Counted from the first letter of the stretch, positions 49,346 to 58,725 are shown. The stretch: DNA of 64,000 nucleotides from Planctomycetota bacterium (GCA_029978905.1 JAPOIM010000001.1:95871-159870); one strand, 5' to 3'. The notes: generated from the letters alone by a model not told the origin. Translations and numbers: made by a program.

Positions 49346-50766
49346 CAGGAGGGCGTGAGCACACCACGGAAGCAGGCCGCCGCGTCGACGGCACGCGCCC
49401 GCCTGCCTCACTGCGAGTCTTCTCGACCTGCGTGCTCGCCACGCTCATGGCCACCGGCGCACTCTTCGCGTTGCGTCCATGGCAAGCGCTCGGCCAAATG
49501 CCCGAGGCGTTGCCGCCGCGCACCGGCCCCCTCCACACGTTCTCAGAAACCTTTGCGCAGGCGCAGTTGATGACGCTTACGACAAGCGGCAGCCGCTGGC
49601 AAACGCCCGATGGCGAGGTGACCCTCGCGACGGACGACCTGCTGCGTTGGCGATCCTGCCCCGCCGCGGTGATCGGCCCCGCGCTGCTGCTTCGCGACGG
49701 CGGGTGCCTCGCCGGCACTCTCCTCGCCTGGACAGACACGGGCGTGCTCCTTGCAAGCCCACTCCTTGGTCGGCTGCGTCTGCCCCGCGACGCGGTGGCT
49801 GCGTGGGGCACCATCCCGCTTCCTTCCGGGGGCCTCGGCACGGATGCCCCGTGCGTCGTGCATCTGACCAATGGCGACTCCCTGATGGCTGCCGCGTTCG
49901 CCATGCATGAGGCTGCCGACTCCGCCACCGTCACCCTCGCGGCCATCGCCGGGGAGAATCAGCCACCGACAACGTTCCGCATCCCGCGGGATCGCATCCA
50001 CACCATCGTCGTCAACGCTCCACGCACGTCGCCCCAGGCTCACGGCGACGACTGCCCGCTGGCCATCGTGGGACTGGCCGATGGCACACGTCTGCATGTG
50101 GCAGCGATGGAGCCTGCCGAGAATGGCCTCGTGGTGATCACCCCCGTTGTGAGCGGCGGAGGCAGGCTTCCTCCGCTGTCCCTGCCTGCAGATGCGATCA
50201 CCGGACTGCTCGCGGTTGGCCCCCATGCGTGGCCGCTCGCCTGGCTGCCCGTCGCCGGCTACGAGCAAACGCCTCAGTTGGGCCCTGCGTGGCCGCTCGC
50301 CGTCGGCAGCACGCTCACCGGGGCCCCGATCGCTGCCCGCGGCCTGCGGGCGTTCACCGGTTTGGGCGTGCATGCCGCCAGCCGGCTCACGTACCAGCTG
50401 CCGGACCAACAGTCATCCGACGCCGAGCAGCGTCTCATCGGCCACGTGGCTCTCGACGATGCCGTAGGGCAGGGAGGAAGCGTGGTGATCCGTGTGTGGG
50501 TGGGTGAAACCCGAGACACGCTTCGCCTGCGATGGGAAAGCGCGATCATCAGAGGAGGCGACGCTCCCCTGATGATCGATGTGGACGTCTCAGGATGTCA
50601 CTGGCTTGAGCTGGAGGTCGACCCCACAGGTGACGGTGACGCGCAGGATCGCACGCTCTGGCTCGAGCCACGGCTTGTTAAGCGCCAAACTTCCCAAACC
50701 GCAAGGCGTGGGCCATCGCCAGCAGCATCAGATGCTTCGCTGGGAACATCCCCAGGCCGCCGCTGA
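49342..50766 (+). CDS. Secreted or membrane-anchored protein with a C-terminal NPCBM-like carbohydrate-binding-type domain
   Basis: The ATG at 49342 overlaps the upstream stop (ATGA). Anchor FSTCVLATLMATGALFAL. The C-terminus reads GLGVHAASRLTYQL...GHVALDDAVGQGGSVVIRVWVGE...DVSGCHWLELEVDPTGDGDAQDRTLWLEPRL. Confidence 0.65.
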   Translation: MTGGREHTTEAGRRVDGTRPPASLRVFSTCVLATLMATGALFALRPWQALGQMPEALPPRTGPLHTFSETFAQAQLMTLTTSGSRWQTPDGEVTLATDDLLRWRSCPAAVIGPALLLRDGGCLAGTLLAWTDTGVLLASPLLGRLRLPRDAVAAWGTIPLPSGGLGTDAPCVVHLTNGDSLMAAAFAMHEAADSATVTLAAIAGENQPPTTFRIPRDRIHTIVVNAPRTSPQAHGDDCPLAIVGLADGTRLHVAAMEPAENGLVVITPVVSGGGRLPPLSLPADAITGLLAVGPHAWPLAWLPVAGYEQTPQLGPAWPLAVGSTLTGAPIAARGLRAFTGLGVHAASRLTYQLPDQQSSDAEQRLIGHVALDDAVGQGGSVVIRVWVGETRDTLRLRWESAIIRGGDAPLMIDVDVSGCHWLELEVDPTGDGDAQDRTLWLEPRLVKRQTSQTARRGPSPAASDASLGTSPGRR

Positions 50767-51883
50767 GGCAGTCGCGTTCGCCAAACCGCTCACACCCGTC
50801 GCTGCGGCAAGTCGCCGCCGAGAGGAGCGTGGGCACCGGATGCCATGAGTGGCTCTTCAGTTTCGATGGCGTCGAGTGATCGCCGGTCACGATCAGCACG
50901 TCGGGGCCGAGCGCCGTGATCTTCGGGATCGCGGCATCCAGTTCCTCAATGCGGGCCACCTTCGCCGCGAAGTTGCCATCCTCGCCTGTGGAGTCGGTGT
51001 ACTTGAAGTGCAGGAAGAAGAAGTCGTAGTCGTTCCAGCACCCAGCGAGGGTGTCGATCTGCTCGTCCAAGGTCTTCGCGTCGCCCACCAGGGTCATTCC
51101 CACCAACTGAGCCAGCCCCTTGTACATCGGGTAGACCGCGATGGCCGCAGCCCGCAGGCCGTAGAGGTCGGCGTAACTCGGCAGGGCAGGGCGGTCGGCA
51201 AAGCCCCGCAGCGTCAGGCCGTTCGCCTTTGGCTCATCGGCAAGGATCTCCTGAGCCTGACGCACAAACTCGGCCGCCACTTCAGCCGTGCGGGCCGCGG
51301 CCGGATCGAGTGGCTGAGGCGCGAGGGGCGCGACGCCCACAGCCTGCGGATCGGTGTCCGCCACGCGACCGTCCAGCCCCTCGCCTCGGAAGACCACCAC
51401 AAAGCGATGCTCTTTGACTGGTTTGACGAAGGTCTCGACGCCAGGGATGGAAACCTTCTGCAGTTTCTCCACCACCTGGAAACTCTCTTCCGAAGGGATT
51501 CGGCCCGCCCGACGGTCCGTGATCAGCCCATCCTTGCCGAGCGTGCAGAAGTTGCCGCGGGCAGCAACGTCGTGTGGCCCAAGTTCGAAGCCGATCCCGG
51601 TCGCCTCTAAGGCACCGCGGCCGATCTTGAACTCCAGGGGGTCGTACCCGAAGAGCCCCAGATGCCCAGGGCCGGACCCGGGGGTAATCCCAGGGAGCAC
51701 GGGCACGCTTGAGCCGAGCACACCCGTCTTGGCCAAGGCATCGAGATTGGGGGTCTTCGCCGTTTCCAGTTCCGTCAGCCCGCCGAGTTGCTCAGGGAGC
51801 CCGCCGAGGCCGTCGGCCACGAGCATCACGATCTTGGAGTTGTTCTTCTCCGCCAGTTCCCGCACAAGATCGTGTTCGTTCAA
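50678..51883 (-). CDS. apgM: Cofactor-independent phosphoglycerate mutase, archaeal-type (ApgM)
   Basis: 401 aa. IVMLVADGLGGLP...TPNLDALA, VTGDHSTP and the C-terminal KFGA are typical of ApgM. Confidence 0.88.
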   Translation of the reverse strand: MNEHDLVRELAEKNNSKIVMLVADGLGGLPEQLGGLTELETAKTPNLDALAKTGVLGSSVPVLPGITPGSGPGHLGLFGYDPLEFKIGRGALEATGIGFELGPHDVAARGNFCTLGKDGLITDRRAGRIPSEESFQVVEKLQKVSIPGVETFVKPVKEHRFVVVFRGEGLDGRVADTDPQAVGVAPLAPQPLDPAAARTAEVAAEFVRQAQEILADEPKANGLTLRGFADRPALPSYADLYGLRAAAIAVYPMYKGLAQLVGMTLVGDAKTLDEQIDTLAGCWNDYDFFFLHFKYTDSTGEDGNFAAKVARIEELDAAIPKITALGPDVLIVTGDHSTPSKLKSHSWHPVPTLLSAATCRSDGCERFGERDCLSGGLGMFPAKHLMLLAMAHALRFGKFGA

Positions 51884-52066
51884 CGCTCAGCTCCTCAAAA
51901 TGGCAGACCCGCAGGCCCGCAGACACGGTATCGTCAATCACTCGTCGGAGTGTTGCCCTGCCGACCCTTCGTCGTCAATCGTGCCGCGTGGAATCCTGCT
52001 CCAATCCCCACTTGATCATCACCGACACTTCCGAAAACCCAAGCACCGTCGTTCCAACCCCTCCGC

Positions 52067-53179
52067 ATGAGCGTTCTCCGACCCAAGCCCCCTGAAGACC
52101 CGATCTCGCTCACCCTCGGCCCGCTTGAGCACGCAGCGACAGCGCGTCTCGCCGAGTTTTCCGGCGTGCCGCGCGAGGGCGTCGCGCACTCGCTCCAGCC
52201 GGCCCGGCTTCTGGGCGACTACATGCAGACGAGGCCCTCCAGCCAGCTCTTTGAGACGCTCGCGCTTGCGAGGATGTTGGCGGATGCGGTCGACGCTGTC
52301 GCGGTGGTCTGTCGAAGCCCGCTTGGCCACGCCCTGCAGGGGATGTTTCAGACCTGCTGCCATCCCTTCCACAACCACCTCTCCCGCGGCGAACGCGGAG
52401 GAAGGCCTCGGCTCTTTATTGACGTCGCCCTCGGGCAGCACGACCCCGACCGCACGGCGGGCCTGATCGACCTGATCGCAGCCGCCCGTAGCGACGATCT
52501 CCTCGAGCGGTGGGGGATGCTCATGCTGGCAGAGGCAGATGGGCTCTCCGACACGCGAGCCCCCGCCGCGGGTGGGCTGGATCTGTCGCCCCATTGGCAT
52601 CAGGAGCTTGAAGTGGGGCGAGGCCCGCTGGCTGATGTGTTCAGCCCAGCAGTGCTGCTGACCGCGTCGGTGGCCGGCATCGACGTGGTGCGATTCCTCA
52701 GTGGCGGTGCGGCGATGCTGCGGCGGTTCCAAGAATCCCCGGCGGAAACCAACCCACCGATGCTGCTTGCCGCGGCCATGCGTGCCGCCGAACCTGCCCG
52801 CCTCGCACTCACCACCCAGCACGCCCCAGCCGCAGACGCCCTTTGCCACTGGTGGGCCGCCCACGAGGCCCCCTTGGCCAACCCTGGCTCGCCGCAGCAG
52901 TGGCCCTGCGAACTGCACTCCCTGCAGCCGCGTCGCGAGGGCGAGGGGTGGCACGCTCTCCACGCCCCTGCCACACCTGACGAAAGCGGCCTCGAGAGGC
53001 CCCCAGCGAACCGGCTGGCCATCATCCTTCCGCGACTCGATGAACACACCCTCGGTCAGCTGTTCGCCTTGAGGCTCATCGCCGCACGACTCGTGGCCAG
53101 CTCAATCGCCGGAGAAACCGTCTCCGCTCGAGGCGAGCCGGAAGCCGCCTGTGGGGCCACCGAGCACCGAGAGGCTTGA
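52067..53179 (+). CDS. Hypothetical protein, distantly similar to glucose-6-phosphate isomerase (SIS fold), with substrate-binding motifs degenerate
   Basis: VFSPAVLLTASVAGIDVVRFLSGGAAML...NPPMLLAA resembles the PGI block FSVLSAVGLLPAALAGIDI..LL.GA. LDEHTLGQLFAL resembles the PGI C-terminal block. SKSG and GGRYS equivalents are absent. Confidence 0.4.
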   Translation: MSVLRPKPPEDPISLTLGPLEHAATARLAEFSGVPREGVAHSLQPARLLGDYMQTRPSSQLFETLALARMLADAVDAVAVVCRSPLGHALQGMFQTCCHPFHNHLSRGERGGRPRLFIDVALGQHDPDRTAGLIDLIAAARSDDLLERWGMLMLAEADGLSDTRAPAAGGLDLSPHWHQELEVGRGPLADVFSPAVLLTASVAGIDVVRFLSGGAAMLRRFQESPAETNPPMLLAAAMRAAEPARLALTTQHAPAADALCHWWAAHEAPLANPGSPQQWPCELHSLQPRREGEGWHALHAPATPDESGLERPPANRLAIILPRLDEHTLGQLFALRLIAARLVASSIAGETVSARGEPEAACGATEHREA

Positions 53180-53243
53180 ATTCCCTTGGTCGATGGCCAA
53201 CCATGCGGTGGCAATTCCCACGACGCATGCCGAGGAGCATCCC

Positions 53244-53930
53244 ATGCCGATCACGCTCACCTGGACGGGCCACGCCACGTGGCTCATCGACACCTCCGCC
53301 GGTCGGATTGTGGTCGACCCCTTCTTCGACGAGTGCCCTACGGCCACGATGAAGGCCGCTGAGGTCGAATGCCGGGCGATTCTGATCACCCACGCCCACT
53401 TCGATCACGTCGCCGACGCGGCCGCGATCGCCAAGCAGAACAGGGCTCAGGTCGTGTGCAACTTCGAGATTTCACAGTGGCTGGGAAAGCAGGGCGTGGG
53501 CAACGTGTTTCCCTGCAATCACGGCGGCCGCGTGGCGATTCCAGGCGGCACCTCCAAGATGGAAATCGCCTTCCACTCTTCCGCATTTGCCGACGGCACG
53601 TACGGCGGCAATCCGGGAGGCTTTCTCCTCGAGATTGACGGTGTGCGGATCTACGTCGCCGGCGACACCTCGTTGTTTTCTGACATGGAACGCATCGGTC
53701 GCATCGGGCTCGATGCTGCCATCCTGCCGATTGGCGATGTGTTCACCATGGGTGTGGAAGACTCTGTCGAAGCCACGCGTCTGTTGGCGCCGAAGGTCGT
53801 GCTGCCATCGCACTATGGCACATGGCCTCCCATCGAACAGGATCCACAGGCGTGGGCCGCGATGGTGCGTGCGGGCACCGCGGCAGAACCGCGCGTCTTG
53901 GGGCTCGGCGAATCGACCACCATCGGCTGA
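53244..53930 (+). CDS. UPF0173-type metal-dependent hydrolase (metallo-beta-lactamase fold)
   Basis: The ATG at 53244 gives MPITLTWTGHATWLIDT. The ITHAHFDH motif is present. GDTSLFSDM and HYGTWPPI are also present. Confidence 0.8.
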   Translation: MPITLTWTGHATWLIDTSAGRIVVDPFFDECPTATMKAAEVECRAILITHAHFDHVADAAAIAKQNRAQVVCNFEISQWLGKQGVGNVFPCNHGGRVAIPGGTSKMEIAFHSSAFADGTYGGNPGGFLLEIDGVRIYVAGDTSLFSDMERIGRIGLDAAILPIGDVFTMGVEDSVEATRLLAPKVVLPSHYGTWPPIEQDPQAWAAMVRAGTAAEPRVLGLGESTTIG

Positions 53931-53939
53931 CGATCCGCC

Positions 53940-54266
53940 TTACGCCGCAGGCGGGGTCACCTTCACCTCAATCACGTCGCCCGTGATGCGGAGTTCGAAC
54001 ACCTCCACTTTGAGATTAGGGTTGTCGCACCAGGCGCCATCGTCGAGCCGAAAACGCCAGGCATGCCAGGGGCAGGTCACCACACCATCGACCACCGGCC
54101 CGCTGCCGAGCGACGCTCCCATATGCGGGCAGAGGTCGTCGATGGCGTGATACTGCTGACCGTCGTTGATGACCGCCACCAGGCGCCCCTCCACTTCGCA
54201 AATCTTGCTCCCACCCTCGGGAATCTCACCAACACGCGCCACCGGGTGAAAGACTGCGTCGCTCAT
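53940..54266 (-). CDS. Small Rieske [2Fe-2S] protein (NirD-like)
   Basis: The ATG at 54266 gives MSDAVFHPVARVGEIPEGG. The Rieske ligands are CPHMG...CPWHAWRF. Confidence 0.85.
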   Translation of the reverse strand: MSDAVFHPVARVGEIPEGGSKICEVEGRLVAVINDGQQYHAIDDLCPHMGASLGSGPVVDGVVTCPWHAWRFRLDDGAWCDNPNLKVEVFELRITGDVIEVKVTPPAA

Positions 54267-54331
54267 AGGGGATTGTCGAACTGCCTGAAAAAGGATGAGA
54301 AGCGGTGGAAACGGCTGATAGTATACGCCCC

Positions 54332-55189
54332 ATGACCGCACGGCTGCCGCGACTCCTCGCGCTCGACATCGACGGCACGCTCACCAACTCGAAGCATCGG
54401 GTGTCGCCGCGCACCATCGCCTCGATTCGGAAGGCGATCGACGCAGGGATCGAGGTGGTCCTGGCCACAGGCCGTCGCTATCGAGACGCCCTTGCGATTG
54501 CCGAGCAGGCCCAGATCCAGCGACCACTCGTCACCACCGCCGGCGCGCTGATCAAGGCCCCGCCAGAACACCACACGCAGTTTCGGGCGGCCTTCCGCGA
54601 CGGCGTTCTGGAGGGCGTGCTGCAGGTCATCGATGCCGCAGGGCATGAGGCCATCGTCTACACCGACAGCTTCCAGGACGGCTTCGATTTTCACTGTCGC
54701 GGCTTCGACCGCGGCGGCGAAGGACTCCGCTCCTACCTGGCGCGCAATGTGTCGCTGGCGCGGGTCAGCCCCGATCTCCATACACAGCCACCCCCAGACA
54801 GCTTCGCCGCCTTCTGCATGGGGAGCGAGGAGGAGATGGCGACGCTGGAAGCCGCCATTCGCGACGCGTTTGGCGACACCACGAGCCTGCACGTGATCCG
54901 CAGCCCTCGTTACCAGGGGCATCTCTGCGAAATCGCCCCGGCTGGGATCACGAAGTGGTCGGGCATCGAGCGTTTGGCACGAGCCTGGGGGATCGAAGCC
55001 GCCGACATCTGCGCGGTGGGAGACGACCTCAACGACCTGCCGATGATTCAGGCGGCCGGCCTCGGAGTGGCGATGGGCAATGCCGACCCCCGCGTGCACG
55101 ACGTGGCCGACCGGGTAATTGGCTCCCACGACACGGACGCCCTCGCAGACCTGATTGACGAACTGCTGGAACAGGGCTTGGGCGTGTGA
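54332..55189 (+). CDS. Cof-type HAD-IIB phosphatase
   Basis: The ATG at 54332 gives MTARLPRLLALDIDGTL. ATGRRY and VGDDLNDLPMIQAAGLGVAMGNA are present. Confidence 0.85.
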   Translation: MTARLPRLLALDIDGTLTNSKHRVSPRTIASIRKAIDAGIEVVLATGRRYRDALAIAEQAQIQRPLVTTAGALIKAPPEHHTQFRAAFRDGVLEGVLQVIDAAGHEAIVYTDSFQDGFDFHCRGFDRGGEGLRSYLARNVSLARVSPDLHTQPPPDSFAAFCMGSEEEMATLEAAIRDAFGDTTSLHVIRSPRYQGHLCEIAPAGITKWSGIERLARAWGIEAADICAVGDDLNDLPMIQAAGLGVAMGNADPRVHDVADRVIGSHDTDALADLIDELLEQGLGV

Positions 55190-55303
55190 GGCGGGCCTGG
55201 CCGGCTCGCCCAATCTGCGTCATCCCCCCGCCTCACCAGGAGGCGCTCGCGGCCGACGACCGGGTTTGCCGTGGCGAGGGAGTTTTCCTACGCTCCGCCC
55301 GCC

Positions 55304-55798
55304 ATGGACTACCGCATCCAGAAGCCACAACCGCGCTGCGCCACGACCGACCGCCCATTTACGGCGGGCGAGCCGTTCTATTCGTTGCTCGTGCGTGAAG
55401 AAGGGCGGATCGTGCGGCGGGATCTCGCCGCAGACGCCTGGCAGGGCCCTCCCGAGTCCACGCTGGCCTGGTGGAGGTCGACCGTCCCCACGGAAGATTC
55501 CAAACCGACCCTCGCCCCGGTCGATGTGCTGCTCGACCTTCTCGAACAGCTCGATGGAGATCTCCCCAACGCCCCGCTGCGATACCTTCTGGCCCTCGTG
55601 CTCGTGCGGCGGCGAGTGCTGAAGATCGTCGACCCGCCCGAAGAAGACCGCGGCGTGGCCGACGAACCATCGCTCTCCGTCAACTGCCGACGCCGTGGGA
55701 CGGACTACCAGATCCGGATCGCAGATCCAGAAGCCGGGGAACGGGAGGGCATCGAAGCGAAGCTCACCTCGCTCCTTTGGGCTGGAGAGGCAGCCTGA
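55304..55798 (+). CDS. Hypothetical protein
   Basis: The ATG at 55304 gives MDYRIQKPQPRCATTDRPF. I recognise no motif. Its stop lies 1 nt before the next gene's start. Confidence 0.55.
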   Translation: MDYRIQKPQPRCATTDRPFTAGEPFYSLLVREEGRIVRRDLAADAWQGPPESTLAWWRSTVPTEDSKPTLAPVDVLLDLLEQLDGDLPNAPLRYLLALVLVRRRVLKIVDPPEEDRGVADEPSLSVNCRRRGTDYQIRIADPEAGEREGIEAKLTSLLWAGEAA

Positions 55799-55799
55799 C

Positions 55800-56798
55800 A
55801 TGCGCACGTCGCCTGCACATCCCGCGGAACCGTCCGGCAGCCACCTGTCGCAGCCCGCACGCCATCCGCTCCCTCCTCGCCCTCCGCGGGGGCTGCTTCT
55901 CGCTACGCTGGTGCTGGCGATCGCGACGAGCGGGGCCTCATGCCCGCAGTATCTCAAGGGCTATCAGTACGGGGCGTTACCCCTTCCGAGAACGCTGCCG
56001 GCCAACGCGACCCTCGAACAGATCATTCAGGTCGTCCACGACAACACCAGCCGCGTCCGCACCTACATGGCCCCCCAGGCGACGCTGAGCGTGCCAGGGG
56101 TGCCGAAACTCTCGGCTCAGGTGGCGTGCGAACCGCCACGTCGCTTCCGCCTTCGCGCGCAAACGTCGGTGACAGGCAGCGAACTCGACATCGGGAGCAA
56201 CGACGAGCTGTTCTGGCTTTGGATTCGTCGCCACGAACCACCCGTCCTGCTGTTTTGCCGCCACGACCAATACGCCGAATCGTCCGCCCGCCGCCTGCTT
56301 CCACTGAAGGCCGACTGGATGCCGGAACTGCTCGGACTGGTCTCGTTCAGCCCAGACGACCAGCACCAGGGCCCGTTCCCCATGGCGGATGGCCGCCTCG
56401 AGATTCGCAGCGTCATCCACTCCCCCGAAGGCAACCTGACGCGCTCCACCTTGCTGGACGGGACGACCGGCCTCGTGCTTGAGCAACACCTTTTCAGCCC
56501 CACAGGCGAAAGGCTCGCGAGCGTGCGGACGAGCAAGCATCGCGTTGATCAAAACAGCGGAGCCGCTCTCCCGCGGAGCGTTGAGGTCTCCTGGCCATCC
56601 TCCGGCATCGAGTTTCAGCTCGACATCGCAAGCCTGACGACAAACACCCCGTCGGGAGACCCTGGCCTGCTGTGGCAGATGCCGGCGTACGAGGGTTATC
56701 AGCCAGTGGATTTGGCCGATCCGTCCGTCATGCTCGGACCGCCAGGCCCGGGCCCGCAGGCTTCCCCGCCGCCGCCGACCTTTGCTCCGTCACCGTAA
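55800..56798 (+). CDS. Putative lipoprotein (LolA/LolB-like fold possible)
   Basis: ATG at 55800. Hydrophobic leader LLLATLVLAIATSGASC. A beta-rich body is followed by a Pro-rich tail. Confidence 0.55.
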   Translation: MRTSPAHPAEPSGSHLSQPARHPLPPRPPRGLLLATLVLAIATSGASCPQYLKGYQYGALPLPRTLPANATLEQIIQVVHDNTSRVRTYMAPQATLSVPGVPKLSAQVACEPPRRFRLRAQTSVTGSELDIGSNDELFWLWIRRHEPPVLLFCRHDQYAESSARRLLPLKADWMPELLGLVSFSPDDQHQGPFPMADGRLEIRSVIHSPEGNLTRSTLLDGTTGLVLEQHLFSPTGERLASVRTSKHRVDQNSGAALPRSVEVSWPSSGIEFQLDIASLTTNTPSGDPGLLWQMPAYEGYQPVDLADPSVMLGPPGPGPQASPPPPTFAPSP

Positions 56799-56851
56799 GG
56801 CGTGAGCCATGAGGAGCGGCTGGAGCGAGCCAGCCGGCCTGACGCCGCAGG

Positions 56852-57460
56852 TCAGCCTGCCTGACGCCGCATTTTTGCTCGCGCCCGCGAGAGCACTGGG
56901 CCTACCGAGCCGAGTGGAATACCGAGCAAGCGGCTGATCTCACCGTAGCTTCGCTCTTCGATGTGGAAAAGCCGCACGATTTTGGCTTCCTCTGCGTCGA
57001 GGCCTTCCAGCAGGGCGGTGACCTGCTCGCGATCCTCAATCTGCTGGGACGCAGAGGCCGCTTTCGCCTGAGCCACCTGCTCCATCGGAAGAGAGGCGGT
57101 GGGGCGAGCGGTACCGCGGGCGTCGCGAAGCCGTCGACCGGCCACACGTCGGGCGACCACGGTCACGTAGGCGGCGAGGCTCGATCGACCGGCAAAACCT
57201 TTGAGCACAGCAGCGTTGTTTCGCAGGATCTCGAAAAACACATCCGCCACGAGGTCGTCTCGATCGGCATCCGCGAGCGAAAGCTGCCGACGCTCCGCGG
57301 TTTTGGCGACCACATGCGACACGAGGCCAGAAAACTGCGTGACAAACGCTTCCCAGCCCCGTCCGGCCGGGTCGTCGGCCAAGCACGCATCGACGAGCTG
57401 CCGGTCGGCCGCTGACCGCTGCTCGGCTGAAGGCTTCGACGGAAAAGGGGTGAAACTCAC
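56852..57460 (-). CDS. ECF-type RNA polymerase sigma-70 factor
   Basis: Region 2 reads DLVADVFFEILRN. The region 4 helix-turn-helix reads SYGEISRLLGIPLGSVGPVLSRARAKMRR. Confidence 0.85.
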   Translation of the reverse strand: MSFTPFPSKPSAEQRSAADRQLVDACLADDPAGRGWEAFVTQFSGLVSHVVAKTAERRQLSLADADRDDLVADVFFEILRNNAAVLKGFAGRSSLAAYVTVVARRVAGRRLRDARGTARPTASLPMEQVAQAKAASASQQIEDREQVTALLEGLDAEEAKIVRLFHIEERSYGEISRLLGIPLGSVGPVLSRARAKMRRQAG

Positions 57461-57742
57461 GCGATCACCATCGATCCGGGCAGAGAAACCGTTGCAGGCC
57501 GCCCCGCGACCTTCGCGGATGGAGTTCCAGACGCACGCCAGCCGATAAGGCAGTCTACGAGAGTGGATCGACGTCCTCCAACGTCAGTTGCAGGGCGGGG
57601 GTGGTTCTCGGTGAACGATTTCAAGCCGGCCGAAGGCCTTTTCGGCTCCCCAAACGCGGGCTTCAGAAATCGTTGACACCGCCGCGCCACCTTCCTACGA
57701 TCCCCTGGAGTTGTGCGATCTTCCGAAGGAGAGACCAGTACT

Positions 57743-58015
57743 ATGACGCACGTCGTCGCCGAACCCTGCTTTGCCTGCAAGTACACCGATTGTGTTGTGG
57801 TGTGCCCCGTGGAGTGCTTCTACGAGGGCGAGCAGATGGTCTACATTCACCCCGATGAGTGCATCGACTGCGAGGCCTGCGTGCCCGAGTGCCCCGTCGA
57901 GGCGGTTTTCCACGAGGACAACCTCCCCGAAGAGTGGAAGGACTTCGTCACGCTCAACGCCGAGATGGCTCCCGAATGCTCGGTGATCACCGAGAAGAAA
58001 GATCCCCTCTGCTAG
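57743..58015 (+). CDS. fdxA: Ferredoxin (FdxA-like, 7Fe type)
   Basis: The ATG at 57743 gives [29 protein letters not shown]...[15 protein letters not shown]. Confidence 0.88.
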   Translation: MTHVVAEPCFACKYTDCVVVCPVECFYEGEQMVYIHPDECIDCEACVPECPVEAVFHEDNLPEEWKDFVTLNAEMAPECSVITEKKDPLC

Positions 58016-58023
58016 TTGCCGCC

Positions 58024-58044
58024 GTTGACCTACTTCAGGTCAAC
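58024..58044. terminator. 8-bp hairpin between the convergent fdx and HNH genes. Possible bidirectional terminator with no U-tract.
   Basis: GTTGACCT (58024-58031), loop ACTTC, then AGGTCAAC (58037-58044). It overlaps the last codons of the HNH gene. Confidence 0.3.
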
Positions 58045-58725
58045 GAGCCAATACGCTTGGTCCACGAAGTTTCTCCAGCTCTCATACTTCGGGTTGCCGA
58101 GTTTGAGCGCCAGGAGAGGGCTCCGTTTGGGCCGCACAGGGTGTCGAATCAGCTGCATGTGAGCCTCGTGAGGCGTGCGCCCTCCCTTGCGCACGTTGCA
58201 CGCAACGCAGGCACACACGATGTTCTCCCACGTGGTGGTCCCGCCTCGGCTGCGGGGCACCACGTGGTCGAGTGAGAGTTCGCTCAGCGGAAACGGCTTC
58301 CCGCAGTACTGGCAGACGTTGCTGTCGCGGGCAAACACGTTTCGACGATTGAAGCGGAGGCCCTGACGCGGCATGCGGTCGCACTTTGTCAGCCGAATCA
58401 CGCGCGGTGCTTGCAGTTGGTAGCCGATCGCCTGCACCCAGTCGTCATGCGAGCCATGACCACCGCGTTGGCCTTCGCCAGCTTCGCAAAACGCTGCTCG
58501 CAGCTGCGAGAGTTCTCGCCAACTGTCCAGTGAGTAGGCCGCGAACTGCCCCTCCTCCACATGCACGACTTCCGCAAGTCGCCGAAAGAGGAGGCCGATC
58601 GCTCGCCGGACGTTGACCACGTGCACCGCCACGAACGAACGGTTGAGCACGAGCACACTGAGACTGAGCGCCGAGGGCGAGCTCACCGCGGGTGAGGCTG
58701 AAAGAGTGAAGGCCGTCGATGCCAT
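58030..58725 (-). CDS. HNH endonuclease family protein
   Basis: CQYCGKPFPLSELSLDHVVPRSRGGTTTWENIVCACVACNVRKG is the HNH/zinc-finger core. The N-terminal region VLVLNRSFVAVHVVNVRRAIGLL is typical of this stand-alone family. Confidence 0.85.
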   Translation of the reverse strand: MASTAFTLSASPAVSSPSALSLSVLVLNRSFVAVHVVNVRRAIGLLFRRLAEVVHVEEGQFAAYSLDSWRELSQLRAAFCEAGEGQRGGHGSHDDWVQAIGYQLQAPRVIRLTKCDRMPRQGLRFNRRNVFARDSNVCQYCGKPFPLSELSLDHVVPRSRGGTTTWENIVCACVACNVRKGGRTPHEAHMQLIRHPVRPKRSPLLALKLGNPKYESWRNFVDQAYWLVDLK

